A stretch of 64,000 bases of DNA from an uncultured Anaerolineaceae bacterium (GTDB lineage Bacteria > Chloroflexota > Anaerolineae > Anaerolineales > UBA4823): assembly GCA_964391195.1 (NCBI GenBank), contig CAYMLG010000009.1:4167-68166 (forward strand), written 5' to 3'. Shown here one piece after another: positions 51,757-60,537 of the stretch (position 1 is its first letter; every line of letters starts with the position of its first letter). Below the pieces are notes generated by a model, which was given only the letters and a program-made list of their open reading frames with translations, did no database searches and was not told the origin of the DNA. A program made the translations under genes and the position numbers.

Positions 51757-53097
51757 TTATTTATCGGCGCCGGTTAGCTGCCACAGGGTTTGCCTCAGGA
51801 TGGCCCGACCGTGGTACGAAAGCTCGCTTAACTGGTCATTTAGAGTACGCTCTACGTGATCTGGCGCGTGCTTCGGGTTTTTCACCCACGAGCGCAGGGT
51901 TTCGGTGGTGCTGGTGAAAGAGAACATCCCCCGGGCCAACTCGAGAGAACGCTGCGAGAGAAGATCCCGCAGGGGAGGGTTCTGGCTCAGCCTGAGGATG
52001 TTCTCCCCCAGGCAGGCCCAGTCTCCAATCGAAAACACCAGCGCGGCCTGCTTCTCCTCGAGTTGGTAACTGAGCTCGCTGCCCAGGCTGGTCACCACCG
52101 GTAAACCGGCGGCCATCATCTCCAGCAGGCGCGTCCGCGTCCCGTAGATGGTCTCATAATGCAGGGCGTCGATATTCAACCCCACATCGCTCTCGGCATA
52201 GTAATGCGGGATCTCGTCCCAGGGGCGCCAGCCAAGCATATGGTAGCGCTCTTTGAAGGATGAGCGCCCGATCCGTTCCAGGAAGCGGTTGTAGACGTTA
52301 TCCGGAGCCTTATAGGTGCTGGCCCCCACCGACACAAAGTGAATTTTGGGGTTGGCGGTCATCGCCCATTCCAGGGCGGCGAACAGCGTGTCGATATCGG
52401 TCCAGGTGTTGTACCCCCCGCACCACAGGACGGTGAAATCGTCCGGGGAAACGCCCATCTTGCCCAACCAGGGCCGCTTCGGCCGCCGCTCGGGTTCGAG
52501 CTCGATGGGCGCTGCACCGGGCAAGATGACCTGCACGAAGGGGTACCCGAATGACTGCACGTTCAGCCGCCCGGCCATGGCCAATTCGCCCACTAACATG
52601 TGTCCTTGCGGCCCGCCGCAGGCGGAGAACACATCCCCCATCTCCAGGATCCGCTGGTTGAACTGGATGGTTGTCGGGATGCCGCGGTTCGACCCAGAGC
52701 GGAAGCTGGCCGCCTGCTGGATGGTCAGCATGTCGCCATAGATGTCCATCCACACCGGAGTGCGGGTGTGCAGCCGGGTGGCATACAGGCAAGGGTAGAA
52801 GTTTACCGCGACCACGCAGTCTGGCTGGAACCGGTCGTGAATGGACTGCAGCTTTTTCACCCAGCCCGGGCGCCCGAAAGCGATCTGGTGGTATTCCAGC
52901 CGCTCCTGCCAGGCGGCGGGGATATCCGGCTCGGGCTGCGGCTGCCCGGGCTTTTCGGCGACCGCAGCCAGGCAGACCCTATGCCCATCCAGGATCAGCG
53001 GCTCCAGGAACTGCCAGGTGCGGTAGTTCGCCGCCTCTGTTTTTTGCCCCTTGTTGAACAGCGGGGGGGCGTATCCGAGGAGAAGTATCTTCTTCAT
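51757..53097 (-). CDS. Glycosyltransferase (GT-B fold, GT4-like)
   Basis: C-terminal donor-binding region ESDVGLNIDALHYETIYGTRTRLLEMMAAGLPVVTS. Operon context. Confidence 0.7.
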   Translation of the reverse strand: MKKILLLGYAPPLFNKGQKTEAANYRTWQFLEPLILDGHRVCLAAVAEKPGQPQPEPDIPAAWQERLEYHQIAFGRPGWVKKLQSIHDRFQPDCVVAVNFYPCLYATRLHTRTPVWMDIYGDMLTIQQAASFRSGSNRGIPTTIQFNQRILEMGDVFSACGGPQGHMLVGELAMAGRLNVQSFGYPFVQVILPGAAPIELEPERRPKRPWLGKMGVSPDDFTVLWCGGYNTWTDIDTLFAALEWAMTANPKIHFVSVGASTYKAPDNVYNRFLERIGRSSFKERYHMLGWRPWDEIPHYYAESDVGLNIDALHYETIYGTRTRLLEMMAAGLPVVTSLGSELSYQLEEKQAALVFSIGDWACLGENILRLSQNPPLRDLLSQRSLELARGMFSFTSTTETLRSWVKNPKHAPDHVERTLNDQLSELSYHGRAILRQTLWQLTGADK

Positions 53098-53098
53098 A

Positions 53099-54139
53099 TC
53101 ACAAATGCGCGAACAGGTGCCGGTGCGACCGCACCCAGGCGAAAACTTTCTCTAACCCCTCTTCGACGGATACTTTGGGGCGCCAATCCAGCTCCAGGGC
53201 GGCTTTCTGGATGTCGGATATGTACGCCAACTGGTCGCCGGGCCGCCATTCGCTGTACTGGACCGGAACCGGCTCTCCGGCCAGTTTTTCCAACATGGGT
53301 CCAAACTCTGCCCAGATGCTGATCGTCTGCTCCGGCCCTCCGCCGATGTTATAGACCTGGCCTGCAGCCGTGTCGATCTTCTGGATCGCTGCCTCGTAGG
53401 CATCGAGCAGATCTTCGATGAAGAGAATATCGCGCACCTGCTTCCCGTTGCCGTAGATCGAGATCGGGCGCTTCTTCAGGGCGGCGATCATGAACCACAC
53501 CACCCAGCCCTGGTCTTCGATCCCAAACTGCCGGTAGCCGTAGATGCAGCTCTGGCGCATCACGACCGTCCTCAGCCCGTAAATGCGGGCGTAATCCCGG
53601 GTGTACTGGTCTCCGGCGCCCTTGGAGCAGCCGTAGGGGGAGTGGAAGTCGAGTGGTTGAGTCTCCGGCACCCCGCAGGGCAGGTCGGCGAAGCGGTAGC
53701 GGGTCTCGTCCTCTACGATGCGCACACCTTCCAGCCCGCCGTACACCTTGTTCGTGCTGGAGAACAGGAAGACCGGGTCGTTCCCGGCGATGCGCGCCGC
53801 CTCCAGGGCGTTGAACGTGCCCAGGGCATTCGCTTCGAAATCCTGGCGAGGGTTTATCACCGAGGTGGTGACCGCTACCTGGCCGGCCAGATGGTATACC
53901 CGCTTCACACCGGCGCTGGCCTGGCACAGCGCCTCGAAATTGGTGAGATCTTCGGCGAACAATTGGAAGGAATCGGGGCCGTGCTGCTCCCGCAGCCAGG
54001 CGAGGTTGGCCTGGCAGCCCGAGCGGGAGAGGTTGTCGAAGATGCGAACCTTGTAACCTTGCTGGATGAGCCGGTTGGCGAGGTTGGAGCCGATAAATCC
54101 CGCTCCGCCGGTGATGAGAACTGCTGGTTTGTTATTCAT
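53099..54139 (-). CDS. NAD-dependent sugar-nucleotide epimerase, CDP-paratose/tyvelose 2-epimerase-like SDR
   Basis: Rossmann motif ITGGAGFIGSNL and catalytic YGCSKGAGDQY (YxxxK). Long stretches match my recollection of Salmonella RfbE: FDNLSR, HLAGQVA.TTS, SSTNKVYG, LDFHSPYGCSKGA.DQY, DQGW, GNGKQVRD. Confidence 0.75.
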   Translation of the reverse strand: MNNKPAVLITGGAGFIGSNLANRLIQQGYKVRIFDNLSRSGCQANLAWLREQHGPDSFQLFAEDLTNFEALCQASAGVKRVYHLAGQVAVTTSVINPRQDFEANALGTFNALEAARIAGNDPVFLFSSTNKVYGGLEGVRIVEDETRYRFADLPCGVPETQPLDFHSPYGCSKGAGDQYTRDYARIYGLRTVVMRQSCIYGYRQFGIEDQGWVVWFMIAALKKRPISIYGNGKQVRDILFIEDLLDAYEAAIQKIDTAAGQVYNIGGGPEQTISIWAEFGPMLEKLAGEPVPVQYSEWRPGDQLAYISDIQKAALELDWRPKVSVEEGLEKVFAWVRSHRHLFAHL

Positions 54140-54223
54140 GTTATCTCTCTTCTTTGGTTACAGCCAATGTGACCTGTCATCTCAGCCATCATCCGGCTCC
54201 GGGCGCACTGCCGGGCCGGTGCC

Positions 54224-55513
54224 TCAGGTGAGGGGGGTGAGGGATGCAGCGAGGGGCGCAGGCTGCTCGCGGCTGGTGTAGGGGTGGGCGACCAACTCCA
54301 GCATCGACTGCTCGTAGCGGTCAACCATGTGCTCCAGGGTGAAGTTGTCCAGCACGAACTGCCTGGCGGTCGCGGCGAGTTGGTACCCCAACTCGGGTCG
54401 GGCCGCCAGGCGGCGGATACTGTCCGCCAGGGCAGAGGCGTCCTCCGGGGGGAAGACCAGCCCGGTGTGCATGTCTTTCAAGACCGCGCCCATACCCCCC
54501 TGAGCGGTGCCGGCCACCACCAGCCCGGCGGCCATCCCCTCCAACACCACCCGCCCAAACGGCTCCGGCCAGATGGAGGGGACCAGGAGCACGTCGTACT
54601 CTTGCAGCAGGGCGGGCACCTGTTCGGCGGCTACCTGGCCGGCGAAGCGCACATTGCCGGCCACACCCAGGCTGTCCGCCAGTTTCTCCACCCCACGCTG
54701 GTAGCTCGCATCCCAGGGTGATCCCACCAGGGTCAGCCGGATGCGCGGGTCGCTGGGGAGCAGCAGCTTTAGGGCTTCGACCGCCGTGTGCACGCCCTTC
54801 TCCGGCGAGATGCGGCCCAGGTAGAGCAGCCTCAGCGGGTCTGGCGCCCGGCGGTTCAGCCAGTTTGACTGCGAAGGATCGAACAGCCCGCTGTCGATCC
54901 CATTGTGGATCACGCGCACGTCCGGCAGGTGGATGCCCAGGCGCTGGTACTCGGCCTGCACCGCCTCGCTGATGCAGATGGTGTGCGCCAACTCCAGCGG
55001 TGGGGGAGGGTTATGCTTCAGGATCTCCTGGGCCAGCACCCCCAGCACCCGTTTCGGGATCGCCGCCATTCGGGATTGGGCCGGGGCCTTCCAGTACTCC
55101 ACGTACTGCGAAGGCAGGCTTGGCCAGTAGCAGGCGAAACGGTAGAGCACCCGGCCGGGCATCAGTTTCTCGGCCAGCGCGGGCACCTGGCGGGGGATAT
55201 TCCACATCCCGCAGATGAAAATCAGGTCGGGCTGCAGCCGGGCGACGTGCTCCATCACCTTTTTTTGGTCGTACAGGATGGTGTCCTTCCAGCGAGTGAA
55301 GAACTGCAGGGCGCTCCGCCGGGGAGCAAGATCCATCTCGAACCGCAGCTCCCGGTACACGCCATCACGGGACTCCCGGCTGCCGTAATCGCTGGTGAGC
55401 ACTTCAACCGTGTGCCCGCGGCCGCGCAGGCCGTCAACAATTGCTTTGCAAGAGATATCCTGCCCGCCGCGTTCGTAGGGCGGGTAAAAGTTGTGCAGAG
55501 TCAGTATTTTCAT
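54224..55513 (-). CDS. Glycosyltransferase family 4 (GT-B)
   Basis: N-terminal MKILTLHNFYPP..GG and C-terminal PSIWPEPFGRVVLEGMAAGLVVAGT (E-x7-E region). 4-nt overlap with the upstream gene. Confidence 0.85.
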   Translation of the reverse strand: MKILTLHNFYPPYERGGQDISCKAIVDGLRGRGHTVEVLTSDYGSRESRDGVYRELRFEMDLAPRRSALQFFTRWKDTILYDQKKVMEHVARLQPDLIFICGMWNIPRQVPALAEKLMPGRVLYRFACYWPSLPSQYVEYWKAPAQSRMAAIPKRVLGVLAQEILKHNPPPPLELAHTICISEAVQAEYQRLGIHLPDVRVIHNGIDSGLFDPSQSNWLNRRAPDPLRLLYLGRISPEKGVHTAVEALKLLLPSDPRIRLTLVGSPWDASYQRGVEKLADSLGVAGNVRFAGQVAAEQVPALLQEYDVLLVPSIWPEPFGRVVLEGMAAGLVVAGTAQGGMGAVLKDMHTGLVFPPEDASALADSIRRLAARPELGYQLAATARQFVLDNFTLEHMVDRYEQSMLELVAHPYTSREQPAPLAASLTPLT

Positions 55514-56796
55514 CGGTGCGCCACCGGTTCCAAGGCTCTAGGGGACGATTCCCGGCGCAGGGGTGTAGATTTCTGCCCGGCGATCATCTGTTTGAAATAG
55601 GCTTCCAACTCGTCTCCCATGCGGTCGATCGAGAAGCGGGACTCAACAGCTTCTCGCGCCGCCCGCGCCATGCGCTCGCGCAGGGGTAAATCCCGGGCCA
55701 GCAGAGCGATTTTTTCTGCCAGCATCTCGGCGTTCTCGGGTTCGAACGCCAGGCCGTTCTCTCCATCCACCAGGAGTTCCGGGGTGCCGCCGGTCGGGGT
55801 GCCCACCACCACCAGCCCGGAAGCCATCGCCTCCTGCATCATCCGCGCCAACGGTTCCTCCCAGATCGAAGGGAAGACCAGCACATCGAACTGGGGCAGC
55901 AACTGCGGGATTTCGTCCCGCGAGATCCGGGGCCAGAATTGGACTCGCCCATCCAGGTTGTGCTCGGCCACCGTCTGGCGCAATCCGGCCTCATAATCCG
56001 AATGGCCGGAGCCGACGATCGTCAACGTCACCTGCTCCAAATCCGGGAGGCGGGTCATGGCTTCCACCGCGGTGTGCACCCCCTTGTGCGGCACCAGACT
56101 GCCGGCGTACAGCAGCCGCAGACGACCGGGCTCCCACTCTCTGCCTTCCGGCGGGGAAAAAGCCTGCAGGTCAATGCCGTTGTGGATCACCCGGGTGTTC
56201 TCGACCGGGACCCCAACCTGTTCGACCAGGTAGCGCTGGATGAAAGCGCTGACGCACAGGATGCGATCGAACCGTGGCTGTACCTGCGCCTCCCCGGCCA
56301 GGACCGTACTGCACAGCAGCTTTCCAATTGGGGCTTTCACCTTCCAGAAGCGGCCCTCCTGGTTCTGCCAGTAAGCCCGATGGGCGTCCAGGTCGGTTGG
56401 CCAACTGTTGGCGAGATAGTACACCAGCCGCTCCGGGCAGAGCGTTTCCAGGTCGCGCGCCCAGGTCCGCGACATATTCCACATCCCGTGCTGGAAGACG
56501 ATATCCGGCTGAAAGTCGCGTAGCGTTTCGACCAGGTAGCGGCGGTTTTGGCGGTTGCGCAGGGGATACAGGAAGGTGTAGGCGGGGTGGTAGTGGTCCC
56601 GGTTTGGACTGGCCAGATGCAGCACCCGGCGGATATTTTTCTCCGGCGCGGCCAGGCGATCGGCTCCATGCCGGCTGGCGAGCACCAGCAGTTCGTGGCC
56701 CCGCGCTTCGAGCTGTTGGACGATGTCGTGGGTGAGCTGAGGCCAGCCTCCATATTCGAATGGCGGGTAATAGTTCGAAATGACCAGGATTCTCAT
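55510..56796 (-). CDS. Glycosyltransferase family 4 (GT-B)
   Basis: MRILVISNYYPP..GG and PSIWEEPLARMMQEAMASGLVVVGT. 4-nt overlaps at both ends. Confidence 0.85.
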   Translation of the reverse strand: MRILVISNYYPPFEYGGWPQLTHDIVQQLEARGHELLVLASRHGADRLAAPEKNIRRVLHLASPNRDHYHPAYTFLYPLRNRQNRRYLVETLRDFQPDIVFQHGMWNMSRTWARDLETLCPERLVYYLANSWPTDLDAHRAYWQNQEGRFWKVKAPIGKLLCSTVLAGEAQVQPRFDRILCVSAFIQRYLVEQVGVPVENTRVIHNGIDLQAFSPPEGREWEPGRLRLLYAGSLVPHKGVHTAVEAMTRLPDLEQVTLTIVGSGHSDYEAGLRQTVAEHNLDGRVQFWPRISRDEIPQLLPQFDVLVFPSIWEEPLARMMQEAMASGLVVVGTPTGGTPELLVDGENGLAFEPENAEMLAEKIALLARDLPLRERMARAAREAVESRFSIDRMGDELEAYFKQMIAGQKSTPLRRESSPRALEPVAHR

Positions 56797-58364
56797 GCAA
56801 CGATTCTCTTCTTGACTTCGCGGTAGGCCAGCACCAGGACCACTGTGAAGACGGTGGGCAGCGTGCTCAGCAGCAGCAAATTCATGGGATGAATTGCCTG
56901 TTCCGTGACTTCACCACCGGCGGTCGGGATTTCCCCCTGCTCAGCCGCCGGAGCAGTCGGAACCACTGCTGTGGGCTCGGGTGTGCCCGCTGGCGCAGCC
57001 TGGCCACCGGCTGGCGCAGCCGGCGTAGTGGTCGGCGTAGGCAGCGGGACAGCCGGCAGAGGGTTTACATCGGTCATCGTGTAATGGGTGGCGTAGAGGA
57101 TACTCTGCGGGTCTACCGTACTGGTGGTGAAGGTGAGCACAAGCTGGTTGCCTGAGCGGATCGCCAGGCGGACCCGGTGTGCGTGGACGCGGTCGCCAAG
57201 CGGTTCAAACGCATCTCGGGCGATCAGGTAGACCATCTCCGGCGGAGACCAGATGCCATCATCCCAGTAGAAATGGTAAACACCCTGGGGCCAGCGGATC
57301 TGGCCCATGAAATGCATGCGCCCGGCCGCATCCACGGCCAGCCCGTCCCCCAGGGCCTGGCCGAGCAGATTGCCAAATACGAACGAAGGTTCACTCCAGG
57401 TCAGGCCGGCATCGCGAGACACCCTGTGCTCACGGCGGGTGGAATAGTCGCCGGCCCATACTGCGTGGACAGTCTTTCCGCTCACCGCCAGGGCGGGGTA
57501 TGGCATACGAAGGTTGTTGCTCCCTGGTGGGTCTACTTCGTCGATCGTAAACGGGCGGGACCAGGTGCGTCCGTGATCGAACGAGTTGGCATAGCGCACC
57601 CAGGTGCCGAACAGGTTCTCATCCTGGTAAAACCACAGGGCGTGCAGGGCATCGTCATCGCCGCGTTCTAAATTCACCAGGCTGGGGGTGACGTTGACCG
57701 GAATATCCGGGTCGAGCCAGATCGAGGGGGACCAGGTCTCCCCTCCATCTTCGCTGCTGATGTAATAGATCCCCGGCTCCTCATCGATCAGGCTGGAGTA
57801 CAGCAGGTGTAAATGGTCGCCGGAGTCCGTCACCAGGTCGAACTTATACCCGTAGGCGTTTATCATGACCGGCCGGCGCCAATTGCTTGCCGAAAGCGCC
57901 CCCTGGATGGGCGCGGTGGTGTATTGGACCAGGGTGTAGAACCCTTCGCTGAAGGCCAGGTGCAGGTTCCCCTGGCGGTCACTGGTGGCAGCGAAGGCGC
58001 CGATGCCGGCATTGGGCGCGCTGGCGAAGATGTCGATGGGCGAGGACCAGAGAGCGCCGTCGAAGCGGGAATACATGATCACTGTCCGGCGATCGGCGAA
58101 GCCGGATTCGATCCAGAACAGGTGTACGTAGCCGAAATCATCGGCGAAAATCGTTTGCTCTTCCACCTGTCCATCCGGGCTCGAGAGTTGAATGAGCTGC
58201 GCCCAGTCATTGTCCTGGATCTGCGCCTTTACCGGTTTTGCCTGGCCCACCGCAGCCAGCAGCAGCCCCAGGATGCCCAGCAGGTGGGAGATCTTTAGCT
58301 GACGACCAGTTTTCCTAAACATGCTCTGTATAACCGAAGCGGAGGAGGAAGTCGGAAAGGGCAT
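56793..58364 (-). CDS. BNR/Asp-box repeat (sialidase-fold) exported protein with a Pro/Thr/Ala-rich linker and a C-terminal TM anchor
   Basis: Three SxDxGxTW boxes: SSEDGGETWS, SFDHGRTWS, SRDAGLTWS. The signal peptide is best read from the internal ATG at 58322 (MFRKTGRQLKISHLLGILGLLLAAVGQA). The C-terminus is LLLLSTLPTVFTVVLVLAYREVKKRIVA. Confidence 0.75.
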   Translation of the reverse strand: MPFPTSSSASVIQSMFRKTGRQLKISHLLGILGLLLAAVGQAKPVKAQIQDNDWAQLIQLSSPDGQVEEQTIFADDFGYVHLFWIESGFADRRTVIMYSRFDGALWSSPIDIFASAPNAGIGAFAATSDRQGNLHLAFSEGFYTLVQYTTAPIQGALSASNWRRPVMINAYGYKFDLVTDSGDHLHLLYSSLIDEEPGIYYISSEDGGETWSPSIWLDPDIPVNVTPSLVNLERGDDDALHALWFYQDENLFGTWVRYANSFDHGRTWSRPFTIDEVDPPGSNNLRMPYPALAVSGKTVHAVWAGDYSTRREHRVSRDAGLTWSEPSFVFGNLLGQALGDGLAVDAAGRMHFMGQIRWPQGVYHFYWDDGIWSPPEMVYLIARDAFEPLGDRVHAHRVRLAIRSGNQLVLTFTTSTVDPQSILYATHYTMTDVNPLPAVPLPTPTTTPAAPAGGQAAPAGTPEPTAVVPTAPAAEQGEIPTAGGEVTEQAIHPMNLLLLSTLPTVFTVVLVLAYREVKKRIVA

Positions 58365-59199
58365 TTTCCAGGACTGTCCGATCCTGCGGTGGGATCTGCT
58401 CTTTCCACTTATTGTTGAAATTCATCACCGGTGTGCTCTGGATTGCCTGCTCGTAGCGGGGCGTCCACCTGAGATCGCAGAACTCGATGATCCGCCGCAT
58501 CTCACCGGTTGGGTCCCTGCCCAGGTTCTCGTAGCGGACTTCGAGATACTGCTCCGGTTTCAGATAAGGGACAGCCGAGAGCACGGACGAGACCATTGTC
58601 TTCCAATGCAGGGCGCACAGTTCGTAAGGTGACTTCCCCTCTCGCTTCCAGTCGTTGGGGGTGAAGCCCGCCCACCACAGGGGGAGATCCGGCCACCACT
58701 TGACATTCATCAGCGAGTTGGCCACCGCCCGCCCGTCGCGGATGATGTGGATGAAGATGGCCCCGGGGAAGACCGCGTTCAAATAGCGGACCCTGGCGCA
58801 GTTGTTCGTATTTTTGTTTACGAAGCGGCGCTTTCCCCGGTACGCCTGGCAGACGGCGAACATCTTCCGCAGGTTGGCGGCCGCCTCGGGGGTCACATCC
58901 TCCTCGCACAAGGGAGCCCGCTTCTGGTGGTGCAGGTACTCCATCCCGCAGTGGGTATAAACGCCGATCGATTCATCCGAATGAAGCAGCCCGGAGAAGC
59001 GCCCGGCGATCCTCGGTCCGGCGAGGGGGATATCCCACAGCCGTGATAGAGCCATCAGCCATGGCCGGTCGGGATGAGAATTTACCAAATTGGAGAACCA
59101 GGCCAGGTCCGGGTGCTTGGTGAGCAGGCTAAACAGCAGGGTAGTCCCGCTCCGCCCGCTGCCTACGACAAAAATGGGTCGGTCAATCACATTGTCCAT
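58315..59199 (-). CDS. Sulfotransferase family protein (PAPS-dependent)
   Basis: 5'-PSB loop FVVGSGRSGTTLL, later IIRDGRAVANS and RYENL. The ~290-aa size is typical of soluble bacterial sulfotransferases. Confidence 0.8.
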   Translation of the reverse strand: MDNVIDRPIFVVGSGRSGTTLLFSLLTKHPDLAWFSNLVNSHPDRPWLMALSRLWDIPLAGPRIAGRFSGLLHSDESIGVYTHCGMEYLHHQKRAPLCEEDVTPEAAANLRKMFAVCQAYRGKRRFVNKNTNNCARVRYLNAVFPGAIFIHIIRDGRAVANSLMNVKWWPDLPLWWAGFTPNDWKREGKSPYELCALHWKTMVSSVLSAVPYLKPEQYLEVRYENLGRDPTGEMRRIIEFCDLRWTPRYEQAIQSTPVMNFNNKWKEQIPPQDRTVLENALSDFLLRFGYTEHV

Positions 59200-59220
59200 C
59201 AGGGTCTCAACTCACTTGAA

Positions 59221-60537
59221 CTATCCGGCGGTAAAACTCTCCAGCGCTTCGCAGTAAATCTCTTCCAGCGCTTCGGCATAGTGCTCCCAGGAGTGCTGTT
59301 CGACCGCCCGCTGGCGGGCATTCCGCCCCAGGCGCTCTCTTTCCTGGCGGTCGTGCAGGAGCTCGACAATCGAAGCGACGAAACCGTCCAGGTCGCCGGG
59401 ATCGACCAGCAAGCCGTTGACCCGGTCGTCGATCACCGCCGCAGCCTGGCTCATCCGCACCGCCACGATGGCTTTCCCGGCCGCCATATACTCGAACAGC
59501 TTGAGCGGCGTGCCCCCGAAACCGGGGAAATACTCAGAGGCGGAGACGGTCACATCCGCCGCTGCAATGTACTCCGGCACCCGCTCGTAGGGGACCCGCC
59601 CGGTGAGAATGACGGCGCGTCCGATCCCCAGCTCACGGATCTCCGCTTCCACGGCCTCTTTCGTCCGCCCTTCTCCGATTAGCACCAGCTTGGCATTGGG
59701 CGTCGACTGCAGCACCTGGCAGAAACCGCGCAGCAGGAAAGAGAGGTTGTGCCAGAGGTAAAAACCTCCCACCCACATCACCACCGGGCTGCCGTCCAGG
59801 CTCAATTCGGCCCGCACCCGGGCCGTATCGTAAGCCTTGCCGAACAGATGGACGTCCGCCGCGCAGGGCAGCACGACCGCCTTCTCGGCGGGCACACCCC
59901 ATTCCTGGACGAGGTGATCGCGCAGCTCGGCGGAGACACAGATGATCCTGGTTGCCTGCGCATAGCTGTACCTGGCGTGCCGGATGGCCTTCCATTCCTG
60001 CACCCCGCGCAGTTGGGTGCCCTGAGACCGCTTCTGTTCGAACATATCGGCGTTGGTCTCAAGGATATAGGGAATCTTCAATTTCTGGCTCGCCAGCAGC
60101 CCCCCGTAAACGGCGCCATTGTAGCGTTCGTGGATAAGGTCGAACCCCCGGAGCAGGGCCGTGCTGGTTTCAGCCATGCGCATATCGTCGAAGAGGCCGA
60201 GATAGGACAGGCGCGCCCGGGTCTGGACGTAGCGAATGCCGCTCTCCACCAGGCGGAAGGCAGCCGTCCCGCTGAGCCCGGCCCGGATGGGGCGGAACGC
60301 CGCCTGGCTGCCACTTGTGATGGCCTCCAGGTCGTCGGAGAAGAGGAACAACCTTTTGGGCTGCAGCGCCAGCAGGTGGGCCTCGTGTCCCCGCTCCTGC
60401 ATCCCGCGGATGGTGTGCAGGATGTGCAGCTCCGGCGCGCCGGGCCGGTGGAAGACGGCGTTCGTGTTTTGAAACAGATACGCCATGCGGATTGGGGAAT
60501 GTCCTCTCCGCTCACCGCGAGCCATTGCTGCTCCCAT
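59221..60537 (-). CDS. Glycosyltransferase family 4 (GT-B)
   Basis: C-terminal ASEYFPGFGGTPLKLFEYMAAGKAIVAV. The track start overlaps the upstream ATPase gene by 26 nt, so the ATG at 60486 (MAYLFQNTN..) is an alternative start. Confidence 0.8.
   Translation of the reverse strand: MGAAMARGERRGHSPIRMAYLFQNTNAVFHRPGAPELHILHTIRGMQERGHEAHLLALQPKRLFLFSDDLEAITSGSQAAFRPIRAGLSGTAAFRLVESGIRYVQTRARLSYLGLFDDMRMAETSTALLRGFDLIHERYNGAVYGGLLASQKLKIPYILETNADMFEQKRSQGTQLRGVQEWKAIRHARYSYAQATRIICVSAELRDHLVQEWGVPAEKAVVLPCAADVHLFGKAYDTARVRAELSLDGSPVVMWVGGFYLWHNLSFLLRGFCQVLQSTPNAKLVLIGEGRTKEAVEAEIRELGIGRAVILTGRVPYERVPEYIAAADVTVSASEYFPGFGGTPLKLFEYMAAGKAIVAVRMSQAAAVIDDRVNGLLVDPGDLDGFVASIVELLHDRQERERLGRNARQRAVEQHSWEHYAEALEEIYCEALESFTAG

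Noticed and set aside
58315-59199. CurM/OLS-style sulfotransferase-TE off-loading that would give a terminal alkene
   Set aside because: The sulfotransferase is a stand-alone protein in the middle of the glycan operon, tens of kb from the terminal ACP. It has no fused or adjacent TE, and module 6 fully reduces the beta position, leaving no beta-hydroxyl to sulfate.
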